A stretch of 64,000 nucleotides of DNA from Planctomycetota bacterium. GTDB taxonomy: Bacteria > Planctomycetota > Planctomycetia > Planctomycetales > Planctomycetaceae. Of the stretch, positions 19,201-27,078 are shown in pieces. The position numbers were made by a program, and so were the translations under genes. Below the pieces are notes generated by a model. That model saw only the letters and a program-made list of their open reading frames with translations. It was not told where the DNA came from and searched no databases. The stretch covers positions 223-64,222 of the forward strand of contig JAYTCW010000164.1 of NCBI GenBank assembly GCA_043736295.1, read 5' to 3'. Each line of letters begins with the position of its first letter. Position 1 is the stretch's first letter.

Positions 19201-22200
19201 GACAGCTTCGGCTACTCACTGGATGATGGAACAGCAACCGTCACAGGCTCGTTTGCGATTTCCGTCGCACCCGTGAACGATGCACCGGTCATCTCCGTGA
19301 ATACGGGGCTGACTGTCGCCGAGGGCGGGGACGGACTGCTCGAAAATACCAAACTCTCGGCCAGCGATTCCGACAATACCGACGCACAACTCACGTACAC
19401 GATCACGACTTCTCTATTGAATGGTCGTCTGGAACGTGTCGCGACACCAAGCGTTGCGATCACGACGTTCACAAATGCCGATCTGAACAGCAATGCCATT
19501 CGGTACGTCCACAATGGCACTGAGACAGCCTTGGATGGATTCAGTTTCTCGCTCAGCGATGGAGCAGCAACGGTCACGGGTACGTTCTCCATCACAGTCA
19601 CTCCGATCAACGATGCTCCTGTCGTCTCCACAAATACCGGATTGACTTTGGGGGAGGGAGCCACCGCCACCATTGGCAATGCCAAGCTGTCGGCGAGTGA
19701 CCCCGACAACACCGCCGCCCAGCGAGTCTTAACAGTCACCGTCAGTCCAACACACGGGCGACTCGAGAAATCCAGCAGTCCCGGCGTGGCGATCACTTCT
19801 TTCACTCAGGCCAACATCAACAGTGGGATCATCCGCTACGTCCACGACGGAGGAGAGACAACCTCGGATTCATTCAGCTTCACGCTGTCTGACGGAACGG
19901 CCAGCGTGACCGGCTCGTTCTCGTACACGATCACAGCGGTGAATGATGCACCGGTCATGGCGACGAACCTGGGAGTGACTCTCTTGGAGGGCGGCAGCCA
20001 GCTCATCGGCAGCACTCGATTGGAAGCCACTGATGCCGATAACAGTTCTTCCCAACTGGTCTACACGGTCTTGACCTCACCCACTAACGGCCGTCTGGAG
20101 CAAACCACTGCGCCCGGAGTCGCAATCACGACGTTTACGCAGTCTGACCTCAACGGCAACACGATCCGCTATGTACACAACGGGGACGAGACAACCTCGG
20201 ATGGGTTGAGCTACTCGCTCAGTGATGGAGCAGCCACAGTCACTGGATCATTCTCGATCACGATCACTCCAGTCAACGATACGCCAGTCATGGTTGTGAA
20301 TACGGGGCTGACAGCTGCAGAAGGTGGGAGCACCGTACTCTCCAATACTCAGTTGCTCACGAGTGATGTGGACAACACGCCTTCACAGCTCGTTTACACC
20401 CTGATCACATCGCCCACGAATGGACGGCTGGAGCGAGTCGTTGCTCCCGGAACGGCGATCACGTCGTTCACGCAGTCTGAGATTAACAGTGGTGCCATTC
20501 GGTACGTGCATGACGGGAGTGAGACGACCTCGGACTCGTTCAGTTTTTCACTCAGCGACGGGACAGCCACGATCAGCAGTTCGCTGTCGATCACTGTCAC
20601 GCCCGTGAACAACGCTCCCTCGCTCGTCACGAATCAAATGACAATCACCGAAGGGCAGTCACTGACGTTCTCGTCATCGGTCCTGTTGACCACGGACACT
20701 GACACCTTGCCAGCGTCGTTGACCTACACGGTCACAGCAGCCACGAACGGGCGATTCGAGTTCGTGGCCTCCCCGGGGGTCGCCATCACGACGTTCACTC
20801 AGGACGACATCAACAGCTCGCAGGTGCAATTTGTGCATTACGGAGGAGAAGCTGCTCCCACCGCCAACATCTCGGTCATCGACGGCACAGCCAGCGTCGG
20901 TCCGACTTCGATGCTGGTGGCCTTCACCAATATCAATGATCCACCCAGTGTCTCCGCAAATACCGGTTTGACATTAAAAGAGGGAGCGGCCGCGACCATT
21001 GTCAACACCAAGCTGGCTGCCAGCGACCCAGATAATACACCGGCTCAGCGAGTTTTCACGGTGACCAGTAATCCGACTCATGGTCGCCTGGAGACATCGA
21101 CGACTCCCGGCGTCGCGATCACCTCGTTTACGCAGGCTCAGATCAACAGCGGGATCATTCGCTACGTTCATGATGGGGGGGAGACGACGACCGACTCCTT
21201 CAACTTCTCGCTGTCCGATGGAACGGCGAGCGTCACTGGTGCGTTTGCACTGACGATCACACCTGCGAACGATTCTCCAGCTCTGTCGACCAACACCGGT
21301 GTCACATTGACCGAGGGTGGTGTCGGAGTACTGGAGAACGCTCAACTCGCTGCCAGCGACCCAGACAACACTCCCACCGAACTGGTTTATACCGTCATCG
21401 CTGCACCAGTGAGCGGACGGCTTGAGCGAGTCGCCGCTCCGGGATCAGCGATCACGACGTTCACGCAAGCCGATCTAAACAGCAATGCGATCCGCTATGT
21501 CCATGATGGCAGTGAGACAACTTCCGACGGGTTCGACTTCTCTCTGAGCGACGGCAACACGACTGTGACCGGTTCGTTCGCGATCACCGTCACGCCAGTC
21601 AATGACGCGCCGCTGATCTCCGTGAACACCGGCCTCACAGTGGCGGAAGGAGGCCATGGACTTCTGGCGAACGCCAAGCTGGCTGCCAGCGATCCTGATA
21701 ATGACGCCGCTCAGCTGGTCTATACGGTCTCTACTTCTCTGTGGAATGGTCGCCTGGAACGAGTGGCCACTCCGGGACTCGCGATTACAACGTTTACCCA
21801 GACGGAAGTGAACAGCGGTGCGATCCGCTACGTCCACAATGGTGGCGAGACGACATCGGATGCGTTCGCGTTCTCGATCAGCGACGGCGGGGCCACAGCC
21901 AGCGGATCGTTCGCCATCAACGTCACGCCGGTCAACGATGCCCCAGTGATCACGACGAATGTCGGATTGGTCGTCGTCGAAGGGGGAACGGCCTCCCTCT
22001 CATCGGCTGATATCCAGTCGACCGATGCTGAAACTGGACCGGCTGGATTGACCTATACCGTGACAGGGGGACTAGGCTTTGGGCATGTGGCTCTGGCATC
22101 CGCTCCGGAGACCTCGATCACGTCGTTCACTCAAGCCCAGATCAATGGCAATCAGATCGTGTATGTCCATGAGGGGGCCGAGAGTACCGCCGACTATTTC

Positions 22201-24291
22201 ACGTTCTCCGTCAACGATGGAACATTGGCTTCCACGGGGACGATGTCGATCTCGATTACCGCCGTGAATGACGCCCCGGCGTTCGACGCTTATCGGATGA
22301 CGTTGACAGAGGGACAGTCGCTGACGCTCTCAAATTACAACTTGCTCACGAACGACAACGACACCCCAGCGACCGCACTGATCTACACGGTGAACTCGGT
22401 GACGAACGGGCGGTTTGAGACGGCATCGGCTCCGGGAGTCGCGATCACCTCGTTCAGCCAGGACGATGTAAATCACTCACGTGTGGTATTCGTCCACAAC
22501 GGAAGCGAAGTCACTCCCACGGCAACACTGATTGTCACAGACGGAGTGAACTCCGTCGGCCCAAACCCCCTGCTGATGACCTTCAGCAATGTGAATGATC
22601 CCCCGACGATCACGACCAATGCGGGAGTGACTCTTGATGAGGGAGCGACTTCGACCATCGGCAGTTCCCGGCTCACCGCCAGCGACCCGGACAACATACC
22701 GGCCCAACGAGTCTTCACTGTCACCACTAGCCCTGCCCATGGGAGATTAGAGAAGTCGAACAACGCCGGAGTCGCGATCACGTCGTTTACTCAGTCTGAC
22801 ATCAACGGCGAACTCATTCGCTATGTGCATGATGGCAGCGAGACGACCTCCGATAGATTCGATTTTTCAGTCAGCGACGGAGTAGCAACGGTCACCGGAA
22901 CGTTTGGCATTGCGGTCACTCCGTCCAACGATTCACCGACTCTCACGGCGTCCGCAATTACCGTCAGCGAAGGCCAGGTCGTGACGCTCACACTGGCAGA
23001 CCTGAATGCCATCGACGTGGATTCGGGAAGCCTGACCTTCAACGTCACCGGGATCAGTCGCGGTCAATTCATGGACGCCACAACGGGATCGAATGTCACG
23101 TCGTTTACTCGTGCTCAGGTCCAATCGGGCCAGATTCGCTTTCAGCACAACGGAAGCGAGAGTCCCCCTACGGCTGCCGTGTCGGTCTCGGATAGGGTGT
23201 CAACGACGACACCTATTGCTATTGGATTCGCCTTCAGCAATGTCAACGATCCACCGATTGCCGAGGCGGACACCATCGCCACATCGATCGCCTCAAACAT
23301 TGTCCTGAGTCCTTCAATCCTGCTCGCGAACGATTCTGATGTCGAACGAGATCCATTGACAATTGCGATCACTCGTGCGCCGAATCACGGGACTCTCGCG
23401 ATCAATCTCGACGGAACTTACACCTACCGTCCTGGCGCTGGCTACTCGGGTAGCGACAGCTTTGAATATGTCGTCTCGGACGGGACTGCTTCCAGCTCGG
23501 CAGCTGTCGTGTCGTTGAATATCTCTGTGGTGGCTCCAGCCGCATTGGGCAATTTGAGTACGACGACTTCCAGCTTGAATTCCACCTCGAATGGATCAGG
23601 AGCGGCAGACGTAGGTTCGAAGACCACAAGCCAGGCGTCCAATGGAAAGTCTTCGGGCTCAACGTCATTGACTACTGGTGGCAGCCTGATCGCTCCGTCG
23701 CCCGGTGGATCGCTCTCCGGGTCTAACTCGCACGGTTCGGATACTGAGAACATTGCCTTCCACTTAAACACTCATGACGAGGATGGCATCGGCTTGTTCT
23801 TGGCTCGGCAGGGGCACGGTGTCGACGAGGTCACTCGCACCGCCCGAACTCCTCAATCGCTGGACGCAACTCGGCTAAGCTCGCGGTCTGGCGAGGTGGC
23901 GCTTGGATCATTGGACAGCCTGTTGACTGGCGGTCAATTGGCTCAGCTCAACGATCCGGCATCAAGCACGTTGACCCAGTTTCGAGTGATTCTGGCGTCG
24001 GAGGCGAATCAGAATGCGTTCGCCGAAGTGACACAATCGCTGCGGTCAGACTTTACCAATGAGCTGATTTTCGAGATCCCTGCGTTGGCGGGAGCATCTC
24101 TGACGGTCGGATATGTTGTGTGGATGCTGCGGGGCGGTCTGCTGATTACCAGTTTGCTGGCACAGGTGCCTGCGTGGAGTATCGTTGATCCGTTGGCGGT
24201 TCTGGACTCACTCGACAAGAGTGACGAAGACAATGAATCGATCGGATCGTTGGTGGAACAAGGTCAGTCAGAACTCGAACCCGTGATGTGA
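13225..24291 (+). CDS. Giant (3,688 aa) DUF4347 / DNRLRE-like / beta-propeller-repeat / DUF2341-LamG / cadherin(CSPG)-like-repeat surface protein with a C-terminal membrane anchor
   Basis: Single 11,067-nt ORF with no hydrophobic N-terminal signal peptide but an LLLESFEDRVLFSAAP motif. DUF4347-like block: LVVVDPSVPDYQSLL..HILSHGDEAGLHLG..LFYGCDLAAN..GADVAASTDPTG..GGDWNLEF. It also has GVYAQRYN/GIYARRF repeats, DUF2341 (LQLTFDNS..FPVLVTLDS..WLYYGN) plus a LamG-like block, 14 x 111-aa repeats, and an S/T-rich spacer. The C-terminus has the hydrophobic segment LAGASLTVGYVVWMLRGGLLITSLLAQVPAW and an acidic tail. The start codon is uncertain (alternative Met codons at 13282 and 13306). Confidence 0.9.
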   Translation: MICKLSSVQNRLPLVDGSRMLTALLRWMNQSRKDQRKTSVNSSRLRQSSEELYRRACDLPLPQSLRQLWQGEIPSRSLLLESFEDRVLFSAAPALAPAPVEVVVVASLQAVDSTAEQVPAIIPETASAAATTDSIGILSNTLDAADSEQTAAATLVVVDPSVPDYQSLLDQLLLQQSGPLEVLVLDSQRDGLEQIAERLAQLGQTRAIHILSHGDEAGLHLGSNWLSAETIAMRANTLAQWQGLLTADADVLFYGCDLAANSMGQEFLRTFGQLTGADVAASTDPTGAATLGGDWNLEFQSGSVEARSLGESMNLFEWNGLLTTNTYQQGVSSYTGTQDTTISASTPGTGNGASTTVTIGGASAKAGLIRFDSLFGNGPGQIPLGSTIHSASLGVNVTTGTTTESTISLHRVLANWSEASTWTSLGSGLSRDDVEVATVADSLVESTTATGFQTIKGLEESLQAWSDGEANSGWALFGDNASGWTFTSSEGATLSQRPMLIVNYTAPVAVGSQISTTGEVRVNTSTANTQSTATKSRNSHDAVGIDAQGNTVVVWTSDAQDGSGAGVYAQRYNARGVRLGSEFRVNEQSVDDQHGAAVAMKSDGGFIVTWTSAGQDGNDQGIYARIFDSQGNSASEFRVNQTTTGVQQAPAIGVDSTGNFVIAWEGNGAGDSTGIYARRFRANGNTFGGEFLVNTAMANTQADAAIAVGQDGQFMIVWDDAIGTHGRRFNSSGVARDANDLLLHADFTSGNADVATNGTGSYHIVWRTTGSGDGSGRALWKMELGAVDTIPPPPDQVTTSTINSQTEPSITSDGNGDFLVTWQGTGPGDTDGVFARKFDSEGTPQGAEFRLNATTAGSQVFVSAAMIDLDNFVAVWSGNGTGDNAGVFTRAYGNLTTGDSLLFTTWSDVNSSGAPDLQNWTKGDVVSLGDPNLTLGPNASGALSIAGSFSAIGDGDVKPESLDILQHDVLVGAAGSSVQLYKGDILFSVLGNETFGSLSVQTDDVVVFRPDVVGSFTSGSFFILLDGLESIAGGAIDYLADVDLIEQTTLIGDVLLQPGDLVIADIGNLASSVVVFRPTSVGAGTTSGTVTTLLNETEIHLDKEIVGIQVIERDTVLGGVQLRQGNLIVAVNLNSTLGSNDLAVTLHDVALLDVTKTSVNGPANVTASMLITGSDVYLDSGSEAVRNLALLSVPGVPPTVRDETYTLTEDEVFHSANQWYDANWSSRLQLTFDNSARAENLTDFPVLVTLDSNRFDYALAQSNGQDLRFVDANGQVLAYEIETWNPAGRSAIWVKVPQIDASSSTDSIWLYYGNSSALAGQNPTAVWSNGYVGVWHLNGDPSGTQTIADSSSSNVDGTSIGMDATNQVSGPIGGALKFNGVNEAIRVATTSTDPTAVDQSALTIEAWANSTGDSVTAERIINRRNIVFITPYESYGLATSFSDHTQVVNSTGTPDLTGTTGSLPEDRWRYLTGVLSGSTSSLYVDGTLNATQTGVTSLGSSDDDITIGAGEMGFTSTLSQYWTGGIDEVRLSNVARSAAWTAAQYASMTDTLITYGERQTVAGLLDNDQSATTGGLVVTSVDLSELTGVATALVLDDGQVSFVPGASYQSLAAGQTVSKEITYTAIDQNGNTDTATATFVTHGVNDAPVINTAIGPLSLSSVLENSTNPLGNTVTSILASAGGTLITDVDSGAVRGIAITAVDTANGTWQYSLDGTTWSSLTGVSDTNATLLDTASRLRFVPTAGFSGAAGAITFRAWDQTTGTSAQTGVNVLTNGGSTAFSSQTSTASITVTPLNTPPVIVTNFGMTAFEGSTALLGNTRLSASDVENTPTQLTYTLTASPTNGRIERVAAPGVAITTFTQADLNSNAIRYIHDGGETTSDGFSFSLSDGLASVTGSFAITVTPGNDAPVVAVNSSLTVVEGGNGLLTNSKLSASDPDNTAAQLTYTVSTIPVNGRVERVAAPGITITSFTQAEINSNAIRYVHNGGETTSDSFGYSLDDGTATVTGSFAISVAPVNDAPVISVNTGLTVAEGGDGLLENTKLSASDSDNTDAQLTYTITTSLLNGRLERVATPSVAITTFTNADLNSNAIRYVHNGTETALDGFSFSLSDGAATVTGTFSITVTPINDAPVVSTNTGLTLGEGATATIGNAKLSASDPDNTAAQRVLTVTVSPTHGRLEKSSSPGVAITSFTQANINSGIIRYVHDGGETTSDSFSFTLSDGTASVTGSFSYTITAVNDAPVMATNLGVTLLEGGSQLIGSTRLEATDADNSSSQLVYTVLTSPTNGRLEQTTAPGVAITTFTQSDLNGNTIRYVHNGDETTSDGLSYSLSDGAATVTGSFSITITPVNDTPVMVVNTGLTAAEGGSTVLSNTQLLTSDVDNTPSQLVYTLITSPTNGRLERVVAPGTAITSFTQSEINSGAIRYVHDGSETTSDSFSFSLSDGTATISSSLSITVTPVNNAPSLVTNQMTITEGQSLTFSSSVLLTTDTDTLPASLTYTVTAATNGRFEFVASPGVAITTFTQDDINSSQVQFVHYGGEAAPTANISVIDGTASVGPTSMLVAFTNINDPPSVSANTGLTLKEGAAATIVNTKLAASDPDNTPAQRVFTVTSNPTHGRLETSTTPGVAITSFTQAQINSGIIRYVHDGGETTTDSFNFSLSDGTASVTGAFALTITPANDSPALSTNTGVTLTEGGVGVLENAQLAASDPDNTPTELVYTVIAAPVSGRLERVAAPGSAITTFTQADLNSNAIRYVHDGSETTSDGFDFSLSDGNTTVTGSFAITVTPVNDAPLISVNTGLTVAEGGHGLLANAKLAASDPDNDAAQLVYTVSTSLWNGRLERVATPGLAITTFTQTEVNSGAIRYVHNGGETTSDAFAFSISDGGATASGSFAINVTPVNDAPVITTNVGLVVVEGGTASLSSADIQSTDAETGPAGLTYTVTGGLGFGHVALASAPETSITSFTQAQINGNQIVYVHEGAESTADYFTFSVNDGTLASTGTMSISITAVNDAPAFDAYRMTLTEGQSLTLSNYNLLTNDNDTPATALIYTVNSVTNGRFETASAPGVAITSFSQDDVNHSRVVFVHNGSEVTPTATLIVTDGVNSVGPNPLLMTFSNVNDPPTITTNAGVTLDEGATSTIGSSRLTASDPDNIPAQRVFTVTTSPAHGRLEKSNNAGVAITSFTQSDINGELIRYVHDGSETTSDRFDFSVSDGVATVTGTFGIAVTPSNDSPTLTASAITVSEGQVVTLTLADLNAIDVDSGSLTFNVTGISRGQFMDATTGSNVTSFTRAQVQSGQIRFQHNGSESPPTAAVSVSDRVSTTTPIAIGFAFSNVNDPPIAEADTIATSIASNIVLSPSILLANDSDVERDPLTIAITRAPNHGTLAINLDGTYTYRPGAGYSGSDSFEYVVSDGTASSSAAVVSLNISVVAPAALGNLSTTTSSLNSTSNGSGAADVGSKTTSQASNGKSSGSTSLTTGGSLIAPSPGGSLSGSNSHGSDTENIAFHLNTHDEDGIGLFLARQGHGVDEVTRTARTPQSLDATRLSSRSGEVALGSLDSLLTGGQLAQLNDPASSTLTQFRVILASEANQNAFAEVTQSLRSDFTNELIFEIPALAGASLTVGYVVWMLRGGLLITSLLAQVPAWSIVDPLAVLDSLDKSDEDNESIGSLVEQGQSELEPVM
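15594..15605 (+). repeat. 12-nt homopolymeric C tract inside the giant adhesin ORF (encodes PPPP)
   Basis: atc ccc ccc ccc ccg gives 12 consecutive C at 15594-15605, by hand count. Confidence 0.9.
18601..23250 (+). repeat. In-frame tandem array of 14 x ~333-nt (111-aa) cadherin/CSPG-like repeats
   Basis: Each unit reads ...NDAPV..N.GLT..EGG...L.N..L.ASDPDNT..QL.YT....P.NGRLERVA.PG.AIT.FTQ.DLNS.AIRYVH.G.ETTSD.F.FSLSDG.A.VTGSF.I.V. Three units are a divergent type B (..TNGRFE...F.H.G.E..PTA..). Confidence 0.85.
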
Positions 24292-26936
24292 TGTCACTCT
24301 GCAAGGAAGCCGAGAAAAGTGGAGCCCCCCCCATGTCGTTCTTCAAAAACATCAGCGTGCGAACACGTCTGTCACTGGCACTCACATGCATCGTGACGAC
24401 TGCGATGACGCTGGCCATGATCCTCGGCGTTCTGCCTTCTGCGGAACAAGAGACGCTCAAAGGCCGCGCGAGTCTCGCTCAGACTCTCGGGTACGCGGCG
24501 TTGTTGCAGCTGAGCCAAGATCAAGCGCATGGGATCGAGGTGTTTCAAGAGTTGGTGGAGAAGACCGTCGAGCGCAATCCCGACCTGCTGTCTGCCGGAT
24601 TTCGCCAGAATGACACATTGATCATGTCGGTCGGCGAACACCAGCTGTGGAAGTTGCTCGCAAACCAAAAGACTTCCACCGAGAGCCAGATTCAATTGCC
24701 ACTGACCATGTCGAGCAACGAGATCTACGGGGTCATTGAACTGCGATTCCAGCCGATTCGCCGCGAAGGGCTGCTGGGAGTCATCTGGAATGCCTGGACG
24801 CCGATGATCCTGTTTATGGGAACGACCTGTTTCAGCCTGTTTTCGTATCTCCTCAAGAAGGTGTTGACGCAACTTGACTCCTCTCAAGCAGCAGTTCCTG
24901 GTCGCGTGCGTGAGGCGCTCGACTCCCTGGCGGAAGGTCTGCTCGTCATCAATCGACAGGGGCGAATCGCTCTGGCCAACAGCTCCTTTTCTGCGTTCGT
25001 CGGGAAGACACCGGAGAGCCTGCTCGGTGTCTCGGCGTCGAAGCTGCAATGGTTGACCGGTGGAGATGGCCCGTGGGTTCTGCCGTGGCAAGCAGCTCTG
25101 CAACAGGAGAAGCCACAAGCCAACGTGATGTTGCAGATGCGGGATCAGCAAGGCTCCGTTCGAACATTCATGGTCAACTGTTCTCCAGTCCTCGGGAACG
25201 GCGGCACTTACCGCGGTGTACTGGCGAGTTTTGACGACGTGACATTGCTGGAAGAGAAGAAGCGAGAGCTACATATCGCGAAAGAAGCGGCCGAGTCGGC
25301 CAACCAGGCGAAGAGCGATTTCCTGGCCAACATGAGCCACGAGATCCGTACGCCGATGAACGCCGTGCTAGGTTTCACAGATGTGTTGCGGCGCGGGATG
25401 GTGTCCTCGGTCGAACAACGGGATCGCTATCTGGACACCATTCATACGAATGGAACCCACCTGCTCGGACTGATCAACGACATCCTCGACCTGTCGAAGG
25501 TTGAAGCGGGTCACTTGGACCTGGAGTCGACCGAGACGCCGCTGCACAAGATGGCGTTCGAGGTCGTGGAGGTGCTGGGCGTCAAGGCTCGCGAGAAGGG
25601 GATCACGCTCAACTACGAGTCCGCTGGCAAGGTGCCGGACTTGATCCTCAGTGATCCGACCCGCTTGCGACAGATTCTGACCAACCTGCTCGGAAATGCG
25701 ATCAAGTTTACGTCTCACGGAGGTGTTCGCCTGGTCTCGCGTGTCGTCAAGAATCGCAACCATCAGACTCTAGTGATCGACATCATCGACACCGGGATCG
25801 GCATGAAGCCGGAAACGCTCGGGCGGCTGTTTAACGCCTTCGTCCAGGCCGACAGCAGTACCACCCGCAAGTTTGGCGGGACCGGTCTCGGACTCGCCAT
25901 CAGCCGCAAGTTCGCACTCGCGATGGAAGGTGACATCACCGTATGTAGCGAACTCGGGCAGGGCACGACGTTCACTGTCATGGTCCCGCTGCTCCCAGCG
26001 AAGGACGCCCGCTGGATCGATGCCGAGGCCGCTGGTCAGGAGTTCCGCAAGAACCGAGCCGCACGCGGCATCGATCCGTCTCAGCTGCGGTTGAAGGCAG
26101 CGAGAGTTCTCGTCGTGGATGATGGCGAGCCGAACCGTGAACTCATCTGTCTGGTCCTACGACGAGCCGGCCTCACCGTAGATGAGGCGGGCAACGGAGC
26201 CGAGGCACTCACAGCCATTGCGAAAGCCAAGTACGATGTTGTCCTGATGGATATGCAGATGCCCGTTAAGGACGGCTACACGGCGACAACAGAGCTGCGA
26301 GAGCAAGGCCATTCCATACCGGTCATCGCACTGACGGGTCACGCCATGAAGGGCGACGAAGAGAAGTGCCGAGCAGCCGGGTGTTCGGGATACCTGACCA
26401 AGCCCGTGAACATTGATGAGTTGCTGCAAACCGTGGCAGCCATTGTGGGGCGAGATGTGACTCGTCCGTTGCCAACTGGGGCAGCGACCGGACATCAGGC
26501 GGCGTCTCCCACAACGCCCGCCATCGGCGTATCGCTAACCTCTGGTCCGATCGATCGCATCGTCAACGCGGTTCGCGTGGTCCCGGTGAATGTCGCGCCA
26601 TCTGTGCGTCACGAGGAAGCTTGCCCACTGGTCTCGACACTCCCGATGAACGACGCCGAGTTCCGGGAGATCGTCGTCCGGTTTATTGATCGACTCGACG
26701 TTCAGATTGAAAAGATGCGGGCCGCGCTGGCGGATAAAGATGCTCAAGAGCTGGCAAACCTGGCGCACTGGCTCAAGGGGGCGGGTGGAACCGTCGGCTT
26801 CGGTCTGCTCAGCACAGTGGGGAAAGATCTGGAAGTAACCGTAAAGTCCCGCGACTGGGCCGGTTCGGGCGACCTGCTCGATCAGCTGGAAGCACACGCG
26901 CGGCGAATCGTCGTGCCCGAGTTGTCCCTGGTGTGA
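24288..26936 (+). CDS. Hybrid sensor histidine kinase (TM/PAS - HisKA - HATPase - REC - Hpt)
   Basis: HisKA H-box [16 protein letters not shown]; HATPase motifs LLGNAIKFT and [12 protein letters not shown]; [15 protein letters not shown]...[15 protein letters not shown]; C-terminal Hpt-like [14 protein letters not shown]. The ORF-track start GTG 24288 overlaps the adhesin stop. ATG 24291 or ATG 24333 (MSFFKNISV, followed by a TM segment) are alternatives. Confidence 0.9.
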   Translation: MMSLCKEAEKSGAPPMSFFKNISVRTRLSLALTCIVTTAMTLAMILGVLPSAEQETLKGRASLAQTLGYAALLQLSQDQAHGIEVFQELVEKTVERNPDLLSAGFRQNDTLIMSVGEHQLWKLLANQKTSTESQIQLPLTMSSNEIYGVIELRFQPIRREGLLGVIWNAWTPMILFMGTTCFSLFSYLLKKVLTQLDSSQAAVPGRVREALDSLAEGLLVINRQGRIALANSSFSAFVGKTPESLLGVSASKLQWLTGGDGPWVLPWQAALQQEKPQANVMLQMRDQQGSVRTFMVNCSPVLGNGGTYRGVLASFDDVTLLEEKKRELHIAKEAAESANQAKSDFLANMSHEIRTPMNAVLGFTDVLRRGMVSSVEQRDRYLDTIHTNGTHLLGLINDILDLSKVEAGHLDLESTETPLHKMAFEVVEVLGVKAREKGITLNYESAGKVPDLILSDPTRLRQILTNLLGNAIKFTSHGGVRLVSRVVKNRNHQTLVIDIIDTGIGMKPETLGRLFNAFVQADSSTTRKFGGTGLGLAISRKFALAMEGDITVCSELGQGTTFTVMVPLLPAKDARWIDAEAAGQEFRKNRAARGIDPSQLRLKAARVLVVDDGEPNRELICLVLRRAGLTVDEAGNGAEALTAIAKAKYDVVLMDMQMPVKDGYTATTELREQGHSIPVIALTGHAMKGDEEKCRAAGCSGYLTKPVNIDELLQTVAAIVGRDVTRPLPTGAATGHQAASPTTPAIGVSLTSGPIDRIVNAVRVVPVNVAPSVRHEEACPLVSTLPMNDAEFREIVVRFIDRLDVQIEKMRAALADKDAQELANLAHWLKGAGGTVGFGLLSTVGKDLEVTVKSRDWAGSGDLLDQLEAHARRIVVPELSLV

Positions 26937-27078
26937 AGCAGGGATTCGTCATGACCGGGAATCTCGGGACGAAACGTCGCGAAATCGCCACATGCCACAC
27001 ATTCACTATCCCGACCAGAACTCCTTGAGCTACATCTGATGTACAGGGCTTCAGCAGGAGCCTCGACTGGAGTCAAAC

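Noticed and set aside
18601-23250. Regular repeats considered as a CRISPR-like or satellite array
   Set aside because: The period is 333 nt, the units are in frame within a CDS, they are diverged at synonymous sites, and there is no repeat/spacer alternation. These are protein-domain repeats.
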